Shown here: positions 19,885 to 29,791 of the stretch, in pieces
Layout: each line of letters starts with the position of its first letter
Position numbering within the stretch: position 1 is the first letter of the stretch
Notes under the pieces: model-generated
Database searches by the model: none
The model's input: the letters and a program-made list of their open reading frames with translations, nothing else
What the model was told of the DNA's origin: nothing
Made by a program: the position numbers and the translations under genes
Source: an uncultured bacterium
GTDB lineage: Bacteria > Patescibacteriota > Minisyncoccia > Phycocordibacterales > GCA-2401445
Length of the DNA stretch: 64,000 bases
Direction of reading: 5' to 3'
Assembly (NCBI GenBank): GCA_937952265.1
Contig: CALFYW010000016.1
Span: forward strand, 206,661 to 270,660

Positions 19885-20846
19885 TCGAGAATATAATTCT
19901 TAATTATTTTTTTAATCGTATTACTAGGAATTGAGAAACCAATATTATTGGATCCTACTACTGTAGCAACATTAATACCAATTACTTCACCGTCAATATT
20001 TACGAGTGGTCCACCCGAGTTTCCTGGGTTGATTGCGGCGTCAGTTTGAATTACATTCTCAAGACGCTCAGTTTTATTTCCATTAGAAGCATCAATAGTT
20101 CGATTGAGTCCAGAAATAATACCAATTGATACTGAGTTGTTATATTCTCCCAATGCATTACCGATAGTTAATACCGTTTGTCCTAAACGAATCGTGCTTG
20201 AATCCCCAAATACTACTGTTGGTAAGGAATTTTTTGGAACCTTAAGTACCGCAACGTCGTGCTCCATGTCTCGGTACACCACTTGTGCTGGTAACTGCGT
20301 GCCGTCATAGAGAAGGACGGTATAAAGAGCCTCATTATCAGAGACCACATGACGATTAGTAACAATGTAACCATTCTTGCTTGCGATCACACCGGTACCC
20401 GCACCTACTTGTTGCGTCTCAACCCCTTTTTGTTGATAAACAGGAATTCGAAAACCAATATCTTTAAAAAACGGATCATCCCCAAAGGGGTTTCGATACA
20501 CCACTTCAAGTTTAGGCACATCTTTAGTAACCACAATTGAGACTACTCCAGGAGTTATACGCTCAACAGCGCTCGTTACCAACTCTTCTTGTGATTTTTT
20601 TCTAACAATTTCCCTGTTTTGAATCTCTTGAAGCGAAATAATATCTTCTGATATTTCACCAGTTACTGACGCAACCTCGTTTTTAAGTAGCGCGATCTGT
20701 TTCTGGAGAACTACTATTTTCTCATTAAGAATTTCTTCTTGGAGCACCAGAGCTTCTTTGGTGCTCGAGATTCCCTCAAAGGCGAAAAAGAACACCGCAA
20801 AGATAAAAAGTAGAAAAAGTACTTTTTTTATATAATGAAATGCCAT
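19881..20846 (-). CDS. HtrA/trypsin-like serine protease (no PDZ domain)
   Basis: IVTNRHV, DVAVLK, IQTDAAINPGNSGGPL; N-terminal TM helix and coiled coil. Confidence 0.92.
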   Translation of the reverse strand: MAFHYIKKVLFLLFIFAVFFFAFEGISSTKEALVLQEEILNEKIVVLQKQIALLKNEVASVTGEISEDIISLQEIQNREIVRKKSQEELVTSAVERITPGVVSIVVTKDVPKLEVVYRNPFGDDPFFKDIGFRIPVYQQKGVETQQVGAGTGVIASKNGYIVTNRHVVSDNEALYTVLLYDGTQLPAQVVYRDMEHDVAVLKVPKNSLPTVVFGDSSTIRLGQTVLTIGNALGEYNNSVSIGIISGLNRTIDASNGNKTERLENVIQTDAAINPGNSGGPLVNIDGEVIGINVATVVGSNNIGFSIPSNTIKKIIKNYILD

Positions 20847-20849
20847 ACA

Positions 20850-23348
20850 TTAAAACCCAACACGAATGGTTTTTGTTATTTCTCCTCGATTATACACTGA
20901 GTCAGTAGCAACAACACGAAGCGTGTTTTCAGCTGATATGGTATCGATATCAGCAAGAGTAAATACAAAAGAAAAGGGATTTTGGCGTGCTGAACCGATA
21001 TAGTGCTCGTTGAAGAAGAAATCAACCTTAGAAAGTGGGTACACCCCTGTATTTTTTACTGTAACATGGATTTTTCCTGACACGGGGTACGTTACTCCTG
21101 TTTCGATACCACTTAGTTCAAGTTTTGGTTGTGTTTCTTTGGTATGGATATCATCCTTTTCAGTTGGGATAGTTGAAGGATCTCCTTGTGTGATATTATT
21201 TTCCGCCGCCCATTTCAAAACTCCATACTCCCACAGTAGAAACTGGGGTGAATCGTTAGGATCTTTTGGAGGATTACCACGGGGATCTTGTGGATCAACC
21301 CAATATAAAACGGAGTGTACGTCAGAAATCGCAAACTCTTTTTTTGTTTCTTCGGGAGTGTATTGGGTTGCGAGTTTCCCAGACATGGTATCGATGGTGT
21401 AAGTTACTCCTCCTTGCCAAATACCACGGAGCACTGGTTTGATGTTTTGATCAAGTAAAGGAGGTTCTTCAAATGATTCGTTTGGTAATTGTTCGAGAGC
21501 CGCATCCATAAATGCTCTCCATAAAGGTGAGATCCGGAGTCCGGCTACGTTATTCATCGGACTATTGTCATTGTTTCCAGCCCATGCTCCAACCGCAATG
21601 GTTGGGGTATAGCCAATAATCCACGCATCTCGATAGTCGTTCGTGGTACCTGTTTTAACCGCCACATCATGTTCGGTAAAATGAATTAATGAATTTGCTC
21701 CAAAGAGTGGTGTTCGTGCCACGTTATCAGAGAGAATATCTGATATTTGCCGTGCAACTTTTTCTGAAATTTCCCGACGCGGATCAAGAGATCTTTCCTC
21801 AATGATGTTTCCAGCCTGATCCTCGATTCTTAAAATACTTCGGTAAGGGTTTCTGATTCCATCATTTGCAAAAACACTGTACGCACTGGTTATTTCAAGA
21901 GGAGTTACCTCACCGCCTCCAAGTACTAAAGTGAGACCGTATTGATTCACATCTGAGAGTGTGCTGATCCCAAGATCCCGTGCTGTTTGGAGGGATTCTT
22001 GTAACCCTGAAAGGTAGAGTATTTTAATAGCGGGTATGTTTACTGATTGGGCAAGCGCATTCCGTAAATTGATAGGACCTCGAAATTGATTGTCGTAATT
22101 TTGCGGCATATAGCAGGATGCGTTGGGAGTAAGCGGTTCTCCGGTTGGGCTACATGAGGTTGAGAACTGTGTTTGAAGGTCGAAAAGTACTGTTTCTGGG
22201 GTATAACCTTTTTTAAAAGCGGTTGCATACACAAAAGGTTTAAATGCGGATCCGGGCTGCCTTTTTGCAAGCGCGACATTAAAATTTCCATCGATTTCTT
22301 GATCAAAATAGTCACGGGATCCAACCATAACCAAGATATCCCCATTTTTAGGATCTACGGCAACTAACGAAGCATTCTCGGCGTCAAAAGTTTCTGCGTT
22401 TTTGAGCGCAAAATCTTTCACGATTTCCTCCGCACGTTCCTGGAGAGGAAGATCAATGGTGGTAATCACTTTAAGCCCATCCTCCTCAATAGCTCGTTTT
22501 CCGTACTGCTGTTCTAATTGTTCGATAACATAGAATACAAAATGTGGCGCGCTAATTCCTGTTTTGGGGCGGGGGAGAAACACCACCTCTTCTGCTAACG
22601 CTTCTTCATGTTCTTTCTGGGAGATAAACAATTCTTCCTGCATTCTTGCCAAGACTAAATCTTTTCTGTCTTCAAGCGCTTCCCGGTTATTTCCGTAAGG
22701 TGAATAGAATGTTGGGGCTTGCGGAAGCGCCGCAAGGTACGCTGATTCCGCAATCGTAAGCTCTTTTGCTGACTTTCCAAAAAACATTTGGCTTGCTTCT
22801 TCAACCCCGTAAATATTTCCCCCATAAGGAACTTCATTGAGATATTGCGCCAAAATTTCTTCTTTACTTAGTAATTTTTCAAGTCGGAAAGCTAAAACCC
22901 ATTCTTTGAGTTTTCGAGAAATAGTTTTTTCGGTAGTGAGAAGCGCATTTTTAATCACCTGTTGCGTGATTGTTGAACCCCCCTGAACCCCTTTTCCTCT
23001 CAGTGGCTGGATAAATACCGCGCGAAAGGTGGCTATAGGGCGAATACCTTTATGTTCATAAAATTGGGCATCTTCGATTGCTACGGTAGCATTTTTGACG
23101 TGGCGTGAAATCTCATCGAAAGGGATTACAGTCCTTCTAATATCATCGTGCACATCATAGAGAAGGATTTCTCCCGTTCGATCATATATTTTAGTTGATT
23201 GTGTTATTTTTCGTTCATCAAAAGACTGTAGATCGGGCATTTTAAAAGACGCAATCCACAGGAAAAACACACCAGACCCGATCATTCCTGAAATGATGGT
23301 CCATAAAAATACTTTTTTGAAAAATGTCTTTTTTTTAGTACGGGGCAT
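20850..23348 (-). CDS. Class A penicillin-binding protein (transglycosylase/transpeptidase)
   Basis: VAIEDAQFYEH, GGSTITQQ, RQPGSAFKP, SVN, KTGT; start MPRTKKK preferred. Confidence 0.93.
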   Translation of the reverse strand: MPRTKKKTFFKKVFLWTIISGMIGSGVFFLWIASFKMPDLQSFDERKITQSTKIYDRTGEILLYDVHDDIRRTVIPFDEISRHVKNATVAIEDAQFYEHKGIRPIATFRAVFIQPLRGKGVQGGSTITQQVIKNALLTTEKTISRKLKEWVLAFRLEKLLSKEEILAQYLNEVPYGGNIYGVEEASQMFFGKSAKELTIAESAYLAALPQAPTFYSPYGNNREALEDRKDLVLARMQEELFISQKEHEEALAEEVVFLPRPKTGISAPHFVFYVIEQLEQQYGKRAIEEDGLKVITTIDLPLQERAEEIVKDFALKNAETFDAENASLVAVDPKNGDILVMVGSRDYFDQEIDGNFNVALAKRQPGSAFKPFVYATAFKKGYTPETVLFDLQTQFSTSCSPTGEPLTPNASCYMPQNYDNQFRGPINLRNALAQSVNIPAIKILYLSGLQESLQTARDLGISTLSDVNQYGLTLVLGGGEVTPLEITSAYSVFANDGIRNPYRSILRIEDQAGNIIEERSLDPRREISEKVARQISDILSDNVARTPLFGANSLIHFTEHDVAVKTGTTNDYRDAWIIGYTPTIAVGAWAGNNDNSPMNNVAGLRISPLWRAFMDAALEQLPNESFEEPPLLDQNIKPVLRGIWQGGVTYTIDTMSGKLATQYTPEETKKEFAISDVHSVLYWVDPQDPRGNPPKDPNDSPQFLLWEYGVLKWAAENNITQGDPSTIPTEKDDIHTKETQPKLELSGIETGVTYPVSGKIHVTVKNTGVYPLSKVDFFFNEHYIGSARQNPFSFVFTLADIDTISAENTLRVVATDSVYNRGEITKTIRVGF

Positions 23349-23459
23349 ATTACCAAGCCTGGTGAGCATTAAACACCAGTAATGATCAAATAGTAACACA
23401 AACCATACTGATTTATGAGGAAAATGCAATAGTAAGATTCGTGTGGTATTGTTGATACT

Positions 23460-24680
23460 ATGAAAGTTGAAAAGGACCCAGAAAAAATTGATGAACTTCT
23501 AACAAGAACTGTTTCCGGAATACTTCCGTCATCAAAAGAGCTTCGAGAGCTTCTCTTAAGCGGGAAGCGACTGCGGGTTTATTTGGGGCTTGATGCTACT
23601 GGTTCGGAAATCCATCTTGGGCACATGATTCCACTTTCAGTTTTGGAGCAGTTTCGTCTACTCGGACATGAAGCGATAGTGTTATTTGGTGATTTTACCG
23701 CTCAAATTGGAGATCCTGCTGATAAAAACGCGGTCCGGAAAGTTTTAACTAAAGATCAAGTTGAAGAAAACCTAAAAACATGGGAGGCTCAAGTTGGAGA
23801 AATTGTCTCTTTCGACGATCCTAAAAACCCAGCGATAATCAAGCGTAATAGTGAGTGGCTTTCTAAACTCTCATTTGATGAGCTTATTACGATCGCGTCT
23901 CAATTTACGGTTCAGCATATGATAGAACGTGATATGTTTGAAAAGCGCCTAACTGAAGGTAAGCCGATTTTTCTTCATGAATTTTTTTATCCCCTTATGC
24001 AAGGATATGACAGTGTTATGCTCCATGCTGATATTGAAATCGGGGGGAGTGATCAGTTGTTTAACATGCTCGCAGGAAGGACATTGGTGCGTATTTTTGA
24101 AAAAAAAGAGAAATTTGTTATTACCACACCTCTCATTTCGCATCCACATACGGGAAAGAAATTAATGAGTAAAAGTGAGGGGGATTATATTTCAATCACG
24201 GAAGATGCGCGTAATATGTATGGAAAAATCATGGCGCTCCCTGATGAAGTCATCATTCCTTTATTTACACACATTACCACCACACCGCTTTCAGTGATTG
24301 AAAAAATGAAGAGTGAGCTTTCTGGTGGCAAAAATCCTCGCGATATCAAGCATATACTCGCTCATGAGGTAGTTGCTCGAATTCATGGACCCGAGAAAGC
24401 GGGGGAAGCTCAAGAATCTTTCATTACTTCATTTCAGAAAAAAGGGGTCCCGGATGAAATACCAGAAATCTCAGTTCAGCAAGGCGCGCGGTTGGGAGAT
24501 GTACTCTGTGACAGTGGGCTTGTTGGCTCTAAAAGTGAGTTTCGCCGCTTAATTTTAGGAAATGCAATTCGGGAAGTGCCTGGGGATAGAGTCGTTCTTT
24601 CAGAGTATGCTATAATCTCGCAGGACATAGTTCTTCGAGTTGGAAAACATCGCTTTATTAAGGTGAAGGTTGTGTCATAG
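23460..24680 (+). CDS. tyrS: Tyrosine--tRNA ligase
   Basis: IHLGH, YPLMQGYDS, GGSDQLFN, LMSKS, C-terminal S4-like domain. Confidence 0.95.
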   Translation: MKVEKDPEKIDELLTRTVSGILPSSKELRELLLSGKRLRVYLGLDATGSEIHLGHMIPLSVLEQFRLLGHEAIVLFGDFTAQIGDPADKNAVRKVLTKDQVEENLKTWEAQVGEIVSFDDPKNPAIIKRNSEWLSKLSFDELITIASQFTVQHMIERDMFEKRLTEGKPIFLHEFFYPLMQGYDSVMLHADIEIGGSDQLFNMLAGRTLVRIFEKKEKFVITTPLISHPHTGKKLMSKSEGDYISITEDARNMYGKIMALPDEVIIPLFTHITTTPLSVIEKMKSELSGGKNPRDIKHILAHEVVARIHGPEKAGEAQESFITSFQKKGVPDEIPEISVQQGARLGDVLCDSGLVGSKSEFRRLILGNAIREVPGDRVVLSEYAIISQDIVLRVGKHRFIKVKVVS

Positions 24681-24699
24681 TGATGTTTTTTAACCAGAG

Positions 24700-24747
24700 T
24701 AAGAAAAAACCTCCTCATGTGGTAATACATGAGGAGGTTTTTTCTTA
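24700..24747. terminator. Bidirectional terminator with 21-bp stem
   Basis: TAAGAAAAAACCTCCTCATGT-ggtaat-ACATGAGGAGGTTTTTTCTTA. Confidence 0.85.
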
Positions 24748-24760
24748 AATCTAGCGCTAA

Positions 24761-24886
24761 TTATTCTTCATCCGTTTCTCCATCTTCATCATCAAACCCT
24801 TCTTCGTCTCCATCATCGATGACGCTTTCTTCCTCGTCTTCGTCTGATGAGGCGTTGTCGCCGTCAAATTCGTCTTCGTTCCACAT
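24761..24886 (-). CDS. 41-aa hyper-acidic small protein
   Basis: MWNEDEFDGDNASSDEDEEESVIDDGDEEGFDDEDGETDEE; upstream TTGCAA-16-CATAAT and a terminator directly downstream. Confidence 0.6.
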   Translation of the reverse strand: MWNEDEFDGDNASSDEDEEESVIDDGDEEGFDDEDGETDEE

Positions 24887-24992
24887 GAACAAATATTTAA
24901 CTCATAATGTGATATGCGGTGCATATCAGACCTATTATGTCCCCGATTATTTTTTTTGCAATAGTATTTTTTTCGCTGTTTTGTGGAAAAGT

Positions 24993-25481
24993 TTAGGTTT
25001 TGAACTGGAACCCGTGTTCTGTTGCAAAGCAGGTAATACCAACGGCAATAGCATCATATTCGTCATCATAAGATACTGTTTTTTCGATGGTAATGAGCTG
25101 GTGTACCATGTGTTGGACCTGCTTTTTATCTCCACGCCCATACCCCACAATCGCATTCTTAACCTCAAGAGGAGTGTATTCAAATATAGAGAGCCCTGCT
25201 TTTTCTGCTTCATAGAGGATAACTCCTCGCGCGGATGCCACCAGTAGTGCTGTTTTCTGATTTTTATTAAAGAATAAATTTTCAATTGCTAATGCGTTTG
25301 GTTTATACACCGCAATTGTGTCGCTGATTGCTCGTCCGATATCAGTAAGGCGTTTTGGAAAATCATCCCCTTTTTTGGTGGTAACACATGATGAAAAAAG
25401 AAGCGTTTCTTTTTGGGAGATTTTTTCAATTATCGCAATTCCAAGACGGTCATATCCAGGATCAACCCCAAGTACGCGCAT
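24993..25481 (-). CDS. ruvC: Holliday junction resolvase RuvC
   Basis: VLGVDPG, AIENLFF, YTPLEVK, DDEYDAIAVG. Confidence 0.95.
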   Translation of the reverse strand: MRVLGVDPGYDRLGIAIIEKISQKETLLFSSCVTTKKGDDFPKRLTDIGRAISDTIAVYKPNALAIENLFFNKNQKTALLVASARGVILYEAEKAGLSIFEYTPLEVKNAIVGYGRGDKKQVQHMVHQLITIEKTVSYDDEYDAIAVGITCFATEHGFQFKT

Positions 25482-25485
25482 ATTT

Positions 25486-26022
25486 TTATTGAGTCACGGC
25501 ATTAGTAAAAACATCCTGCACATCCTCGTGTTGATCGAGTTCTTTTATGAGCTCTTCGAGGGTAGCCCACTCTTTTTCTTTAATGGGAATAGTGGTTTCG
25601 GGTATCCATACCATGCCTTCTTTTTTAAAAGCCCACGTTGCGGCTCCTGGTGTTGCAAGTGCAAGTTGATAGGTTCCGAGCAAGTGTTTTATCTCGGCTG
25701 CTGTTTTGTTGCGATTATCAGATAATGCCTCAATAATGATTGCCACTCCTCCGGGGCCGTATGCTTCGTAGGTAATCTCAAAAGAGGCGCTTCCTTCATT
25801 TTGCATTCCTTTTTTGACCGCGCGATCAATATTTTCCTTCGGGATATTAAATGAGCGTGCTTTTTCTATCGCGGCACGAAGATTTGGAGAAGTGATATCT
25901 CCGTTGGCTGTTTTTGACTGCGCGGTAATAAGTCGTAGTATTTTTCCGAAGACATTACTCCGTTTTAGATCGGCAGTAGCCTTTTTATGCTTTATCTTTG
26001 ACCATTTATTATGCCCCGACAT
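25486..26022 (-). CDS. yebC: YebC/PmpR family protein (short form)
   Basis: MSGHNKWSKIKHKK, YEAYGPGGVAIIIE, DVQDVFTN. Confidence 0.92.
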   Translation of the reverse strand: MSGHNKWSKIKHKKATADLKRSNVFGKILRLITAQSKTANGDITSPNLRAAIEKARSFNIPKENIDRAVKKGMQNEGSASFEITYEAYGPGGVAIIIEALSDNRNKTAAEIKHLLGTYQLALATPGAATWAFKKEGMVWIPETTIPIKEKEWATLEELIKELDQHEDVQDVFTNAVTQ

Positions 26023-26026
26023 AGTT

Positions 26027-27043
26027 TTAAAGTAATTTCTTTTGTATATCACCAGGAACTTCAAATCCCATATGGGTATATCCTTGTTCAGTAACCACTC
26101 GACCCTTCGGCGTTCGTTTAATAAGGCCGGTCTGAAGGAGGTACGGTTCATAGACTTCTTCGATCGTAGCATTTTCTTCAGAAGTAGCGGCGGCAATCGT
26201 GCTAATACCTACTGGCCCCCCGTTAAATTTAGAGATGATAGTTTCAAGTACGTGGCGATCTGCGCTGGTGAGGCCTAAGGTGTCGATATGAAGTAATTCA
26301 AGCGCGGCATTAACGAGTGTGGCATCGAGTGTCTTCGCTCCTTTAATTTGGGCAAAATCTCTGGAGCGCTTTAGAAGATAGTTTGCAATTCGGGGTGTTG
26401 ATCGGCTACGTTTTGCAATAGCTTCCGCGGATTCTTTATCTTTAAGCTCAATATCAAGTAACGAAGCTGAACGTGTAATAATTTTTTCTATTTCTTCGTC
26501 AGTATAATACTCTAAACGAAACACTCCTCCTGAAAATCGAGAACGAAGCGGGGCAGAGAGGAGCGCAATACGGGTCGTTGCAGCAATAAGCGTAAAAGGG
26601 GGGAGTTCAAGCTGGATGGTTCGGGCAGACGGCCCTTTTCCAATAATAATATCAAGTGATCCGGACTCCATTGCCGGATAGAGCACCTCCTCAACGGTTT
26701 TGTGTAATCGGTGAATTTCGTCGATAAATAAAATATCCCGTGGTTTCAAATTAGTGAGTATCGAAGCAAGATCACCCACCTTTTCAATTACTGGCCCGGA
26801 AGTTTGGCGAACAGATACTCCTGTTTCTTTAGCAATAAGATGCGCAAGGGTGGTTTTTCCAAGGCCTGGAGGACCATAGAAAAGAAGATGTTCAGGGGCG
26901 TGATCCCGTACTTTTGCAGCTTCCAGTAAAATCGATAGATTCTCTTTGATGTGTCGCTGTCCAATATAGTCGTTCCATGAGGTGGGGCGTAATGTTGAAT
27001 CAAGAGATTGATCACGAAATTCTTTTTTAATATCACTTGACAT
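26027..27043 (-). CDS. ruvB: Holliday junction helicase RuvB
   Basis: LRPTSWNDYIGQ, GPPGLGKTT, LFIDEIHRL, YEPYLLQ. Confidence 0.97.
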   Translation of the reverse strand: MSSDIKKEFRDQSLDSTLRPTSWNDYIGQRHIKENLSILLEAAKVRDHAPEHLLFYGPPGLGKTTLAHLIAKETGVSVRQTSGPVIEKVGDLASILTNLKPRDILFIDEIHRLHKTVEEVLYPAMESGSLDIIIGKGPSARTIQLELPPFTLIAATTRIALLSAPLRSRFSGGVFRLEYYTDEEIEKIITRSASLLDIELKDKESAEAIAKRSRSTPRIANYLLKRSRDFAQIKGAKTLDATLVNAALELLHIDTLGLTSADRHVLETIISKFNGGPVGISTIAAATSEENATIEEVYEPYLLQTGLIKRTPKGRVVTEQGYTHMGFEVPGDIQKKLL

Positions 27044-27065
27044 TAATATATTTTTATGCTAAGTT
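27037..27065 (+). promoter_or_regulatory. Near-consensus sigma70 promoter facing a non-coding region
   Basis: TTGACA(27037-42)-17 nt-TAAGTT(27060-65), with extended TG. Confidence 0.6.
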
Positions 27066-27071
27066 AACGCA

Positions 27072-27264
27072 AGATTTAGAGGCGATCCAGAGGATACGTC
27101 TCTAAGCAATGAAGCCTCTTTGAGGTTTAGCGGTGTTTCCTCGAGGACACTCTGGAGCCATCTTTCGATGGATTTCTGGGGTTATCCTTTAAGTCACACT
27201 CAACTTTTATTATTTCCAATGAAAGTATTGCTTAGAGATTTATCACCTGGATCGTTTTCTTTTT
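27072..27264 (+). ncRNA. Candidate 6S-like rod-shaped RNA (alternatively a MITE-like inverted-repeat element)
   Basis: 28-nt inverted repeat 27083-27110 / 27227-27254 (24/28 matching), paired interior, T-rich tail, promoter upstream. Confidence 0.4.
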
Positions 27265-27312
27265 GCATTATACACTCTTTTTCCCTAAAAAAACCTTTAC
27301 AGAGGATTTAAT

Positions 27313-28977
27313 TTATTCTGGAAGTTCAATAACACGCTGGAGTTCTTCAAGGGATGTTTCTCCGTTCAAAACAGCGAGAACTCCTTCTTCTGCCATCGTT
27401 AAGATACCTTGATTTCGAGAAGCACGCGCGATCTCTCGCTCGCTCCCATGCTCTCTTACCACTTTTTCAATTTCATCATTAACGCGCACCGCTTCGAAAA
27501 TACCAATGCGCCCTTTAAATCCGGAAGGATTCTCGGGTGTTTCTGTTGGAACCCAATGGTGTTCAGTTTGTACTGGTCCGTAGTCGCTCGGAATACCGCT
27601 CAATATTTTTTCAATACGATTTTTCTCTGATTCTTTAAGAGGAACTTTCTCTTTAGATTCTGGATTAAGTCGTCGTACTAAGCGCTGCGCGAGCGCGATA
27701 TTAACTGCGGAACTAATAACTTTTGGATCAACCCCAAGATCGATTAATCGTGGAAATACTCCAGCGGCAGTGTTGGTATGGAGTGTTGAGAGTACGAGGT
27801 GCCCGGTGAGCGCGGCGTTGATAGCGATTTCAGCGGTTTCTTCGTCTCGAATTTCACCAACCATAATAATATCTGGATCTTGTCGGAGCGCTGCTCGTAA
27901 TCCGCTTGAAAAAGTGTAAGCATCGCCATCAGTTTGCGTTTGCACAATACCATCGAGGTGGTATTCAACGGGGTCTTCAATGGTGATGATTTTAATGTCG
28001 GGAGAATAAATTTTTTTTAGAAAGGCGTAAAGGGTGGTCGTTTTTCCTGAACCCGTTGGCCCTGTCGTGAGAATCATCCCGTTGGGCTTTTTAATTTCTT
28101 CACTGATGATGCTGAATAATGTATCAGGAATACCGAGCTCTTCAAGCGGAACCGATATGCTTTGGGGGTCAAGAATACGCATAACAATGGATTCTCCATA
28201 CGCATCCGGAATAATCGAGGTTCTAATTTCAAGTTCTCGTGTGTCAGTATTGATACTGAATCTACCGTCTTGGGCAGCATTTTCAATATTCAGTTTTAAT
28301 CCAGAGATAAGTTTAATTCGTGAAAGGATCAAACGGTATGTTTCTTGCGGGACTGTTTCAATATCGTTTAACACTCCATCAAGGCGGAACCGAAGACGGA
28401 CTTCCGACTGGTTTGGTTCAAAGTGAATATCTGACGCGGAAAGTGAAAGGGCTCCTGCAATAATAACCTCAACAATTTTGGAAGTCTGGGTGCGGTTTTC
28501 AACTGCGAGTACCTGACTGGTTAGTTTTTTAATATCATCAATAGTACGAACTTTCTTTGAGAGCGAGCTGATGTCTTCTTGCGCAATGTCGAGTATGCCA
28601 ATATCACTTTTTTTCTCAATGGTAATGTCTTTGTACCGAGCAAGCGCTCGTTCGAAACTCTTGGTTGAGACGAGATAGGGAGTTACGATATATTTCTCTT
28701 TCGCAAGGTTCCCTATCAATTTTTTTAGCGTCTCTTTTTTAGGATCTCGAATTGCAAGCCCTACTTTTTTACCGATAAGCGCAAAAGGTACCGCGGAGGA
28801 TGCCAGAGCTTCTTGGTGAGGTATCAATCGAAGCGCGTCTGCTTGAATAGGTGCTTGGGTAAGATTAATATATGCTAATCCGAGTGATTGAGCCTCGTGT
28901 GCCACCGCACGCTCCTCCGCGTTTTCCCGAATTTCTTTTAGTTGTTCCGCTTGCTCTTTATCGTTGAAGGTTACCAT
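27313..28977 (-). CDS. pilB: Type IV pilus assembly ATPase PilB/GspE
   Basis: ASDIHFEP, TGPTGSGKTTTLY, TIEDPVEY, LRQDPDIIMVGEIRD, GHLVLSTLHTN. Confidence 0.92.
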   Translation of the reverse strand: MVTFNDKEQAEQLKEIRENAEERAVAHEAQSLGLAYINLTQAPIQADALRLIPHQEALASSAVPFALIGKKVGLAIRDPKKETLKKLIGNLAKEKYIVTPYLVSTKSFERALARYKDITIEKKSDIGILDIAQEDISSLSKKVRTIDDIKKLTSQVLAVENRTQTSKIVEVIIAGALSLSASDIHFEPNQSEVRLRFRLDGVLNDIETVPQETYRLILSRIKLISGLKLNIENAAQDGRFSINTDTRELEIRTSIIPDAYGESIVMRILDPQSISVPLEELGIPDTLFSIISEEIKKPNGMILTTGPTGSGKTTTLYAFLKKIYSPDIKIITIEDPVEYHLDGIVQTQTDGDAYTFSSGLRAALRQDPDIIMVGEIRDEETAEIAINAALTGHLVLSTLHTNTAAGVFPRLIDLGVDPKVISSAVNIALAQRLVRRLNPESKEKVPLKESEKNRIEKILSGIPSDYGPVQTEHHWVPTETPENPSGFKGRIGIFEAVRVNDEIEKVVREHGSEREIARASRNQGILTMAEEGVLAVLNGETSLEELQRVIELPE

Positions 28978-29167
28978 TTTTCTATCATACCCTGTTTTGG
29001 GTGCTATAAGAAGATATTCTTAACAAACAACATGGAGAAAAATGGTGAATAATTACTACATCGAGATATATAGGCTTGACGAAGGATCCTCAAGTATGTA
29101 GAGGTTGTGGCGTATTGATCTTATCGGACCCGGTCTAGTAGCCAATACTGGAAGAAAATCGTGCTAC

Positions 29168-29488
29168 TCAATATCTGCTCAAAGATAATAAAAAGGGAGT
29201 AAGCAAAAGGAAAGCAACGGGTGAAATAAGTCCCAAAGTCATTGCATCCTTAATATGGCGAATATCCTCTCCCTTTTTTGCAGTTCGTGAAAGGAGGTTG
29301 GATCCAGTAACTCCAATGACCACACAAACCGGCACCAAGATGAACAGCACAGCAGGCATTACAGCAAATGCTAGCCCTAACGTATATCCTTCCACTCCGG
29401 CCAGCGAACGATATGTTGCAATCGCGCCGAAAATGGTCAGAATAAATACAGTATATGAGAATACGATAAACGCTTGTTTTCCTGACAT
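29168..29488 (-). CDS. Small 3-TM hypothetical membrane protein
   Basis: Hydrophobic ORF; ATG at 29488 lies 6 nt after TATCAT. Confidence 0.6.
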   Translation of the reverse strand: MSGKQAFIVFSYTVFILTIFGAIATYRSLAGVEGYTLGLAFAVMPAVLFILVPVCVVIGVTGSNLLSRTAKKGEDIRHIKDAMTLGLISPVAFLLLTPFLLSLSRY

Positions 29489-29542
29489 TCCTTCATGATA
29501 CAGTATTTGCTTTCCAAACAGCACTGTTGATAACCGCACATA

Positions 29543-29623
29543 CCCGAGGTTCGACCTCAGGCATACTGTTTAAAAACCAGCAAATAAGCCTTCATTACCA
29601 GTCAACCTGCCAGGTTGACTGGT
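29543..29623. repeat. Two adjacent palindromes (REP-like)
   Basis: GAGGT-tcg-ACCTC (about 29546-29558) and ACCAGTCAACCTG-c-CAGGTTGACTGGT (29597-29623). Confidence 0.55.
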
Positions 29624-29695
29624 GGGGAGGGGATTTAATTATTTCGGTTATTAAATAGGCCGTATTGTTATTAGAACAGTGAACCATTAGGGGTA

Positions 29696-29725
29696 TTGAC
29701 AAAGTATATTATATTATGCTATAAT
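29696..29725 (+). promoter_or_regulatory. Consensus sigma70 promoter
   Basis: TTGACA-18 nt-TATAAT with extended TG; SD-like GGAGGG at 29782-29787. Confidence 0.75.
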
Positions 29726-29791
29726 ATATGTAGGATTGAAAAATCAATAATTCAGTATCTGAAACCGTAAAAACAAAAACTGGAGGGAAAA

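Noticed and set aside
24729..25247. Ser-rich plus-strand ORF
   Set aside because: It is the antisense shadow of the acidic microprotein and ruvC, and it starts inside a terminator.
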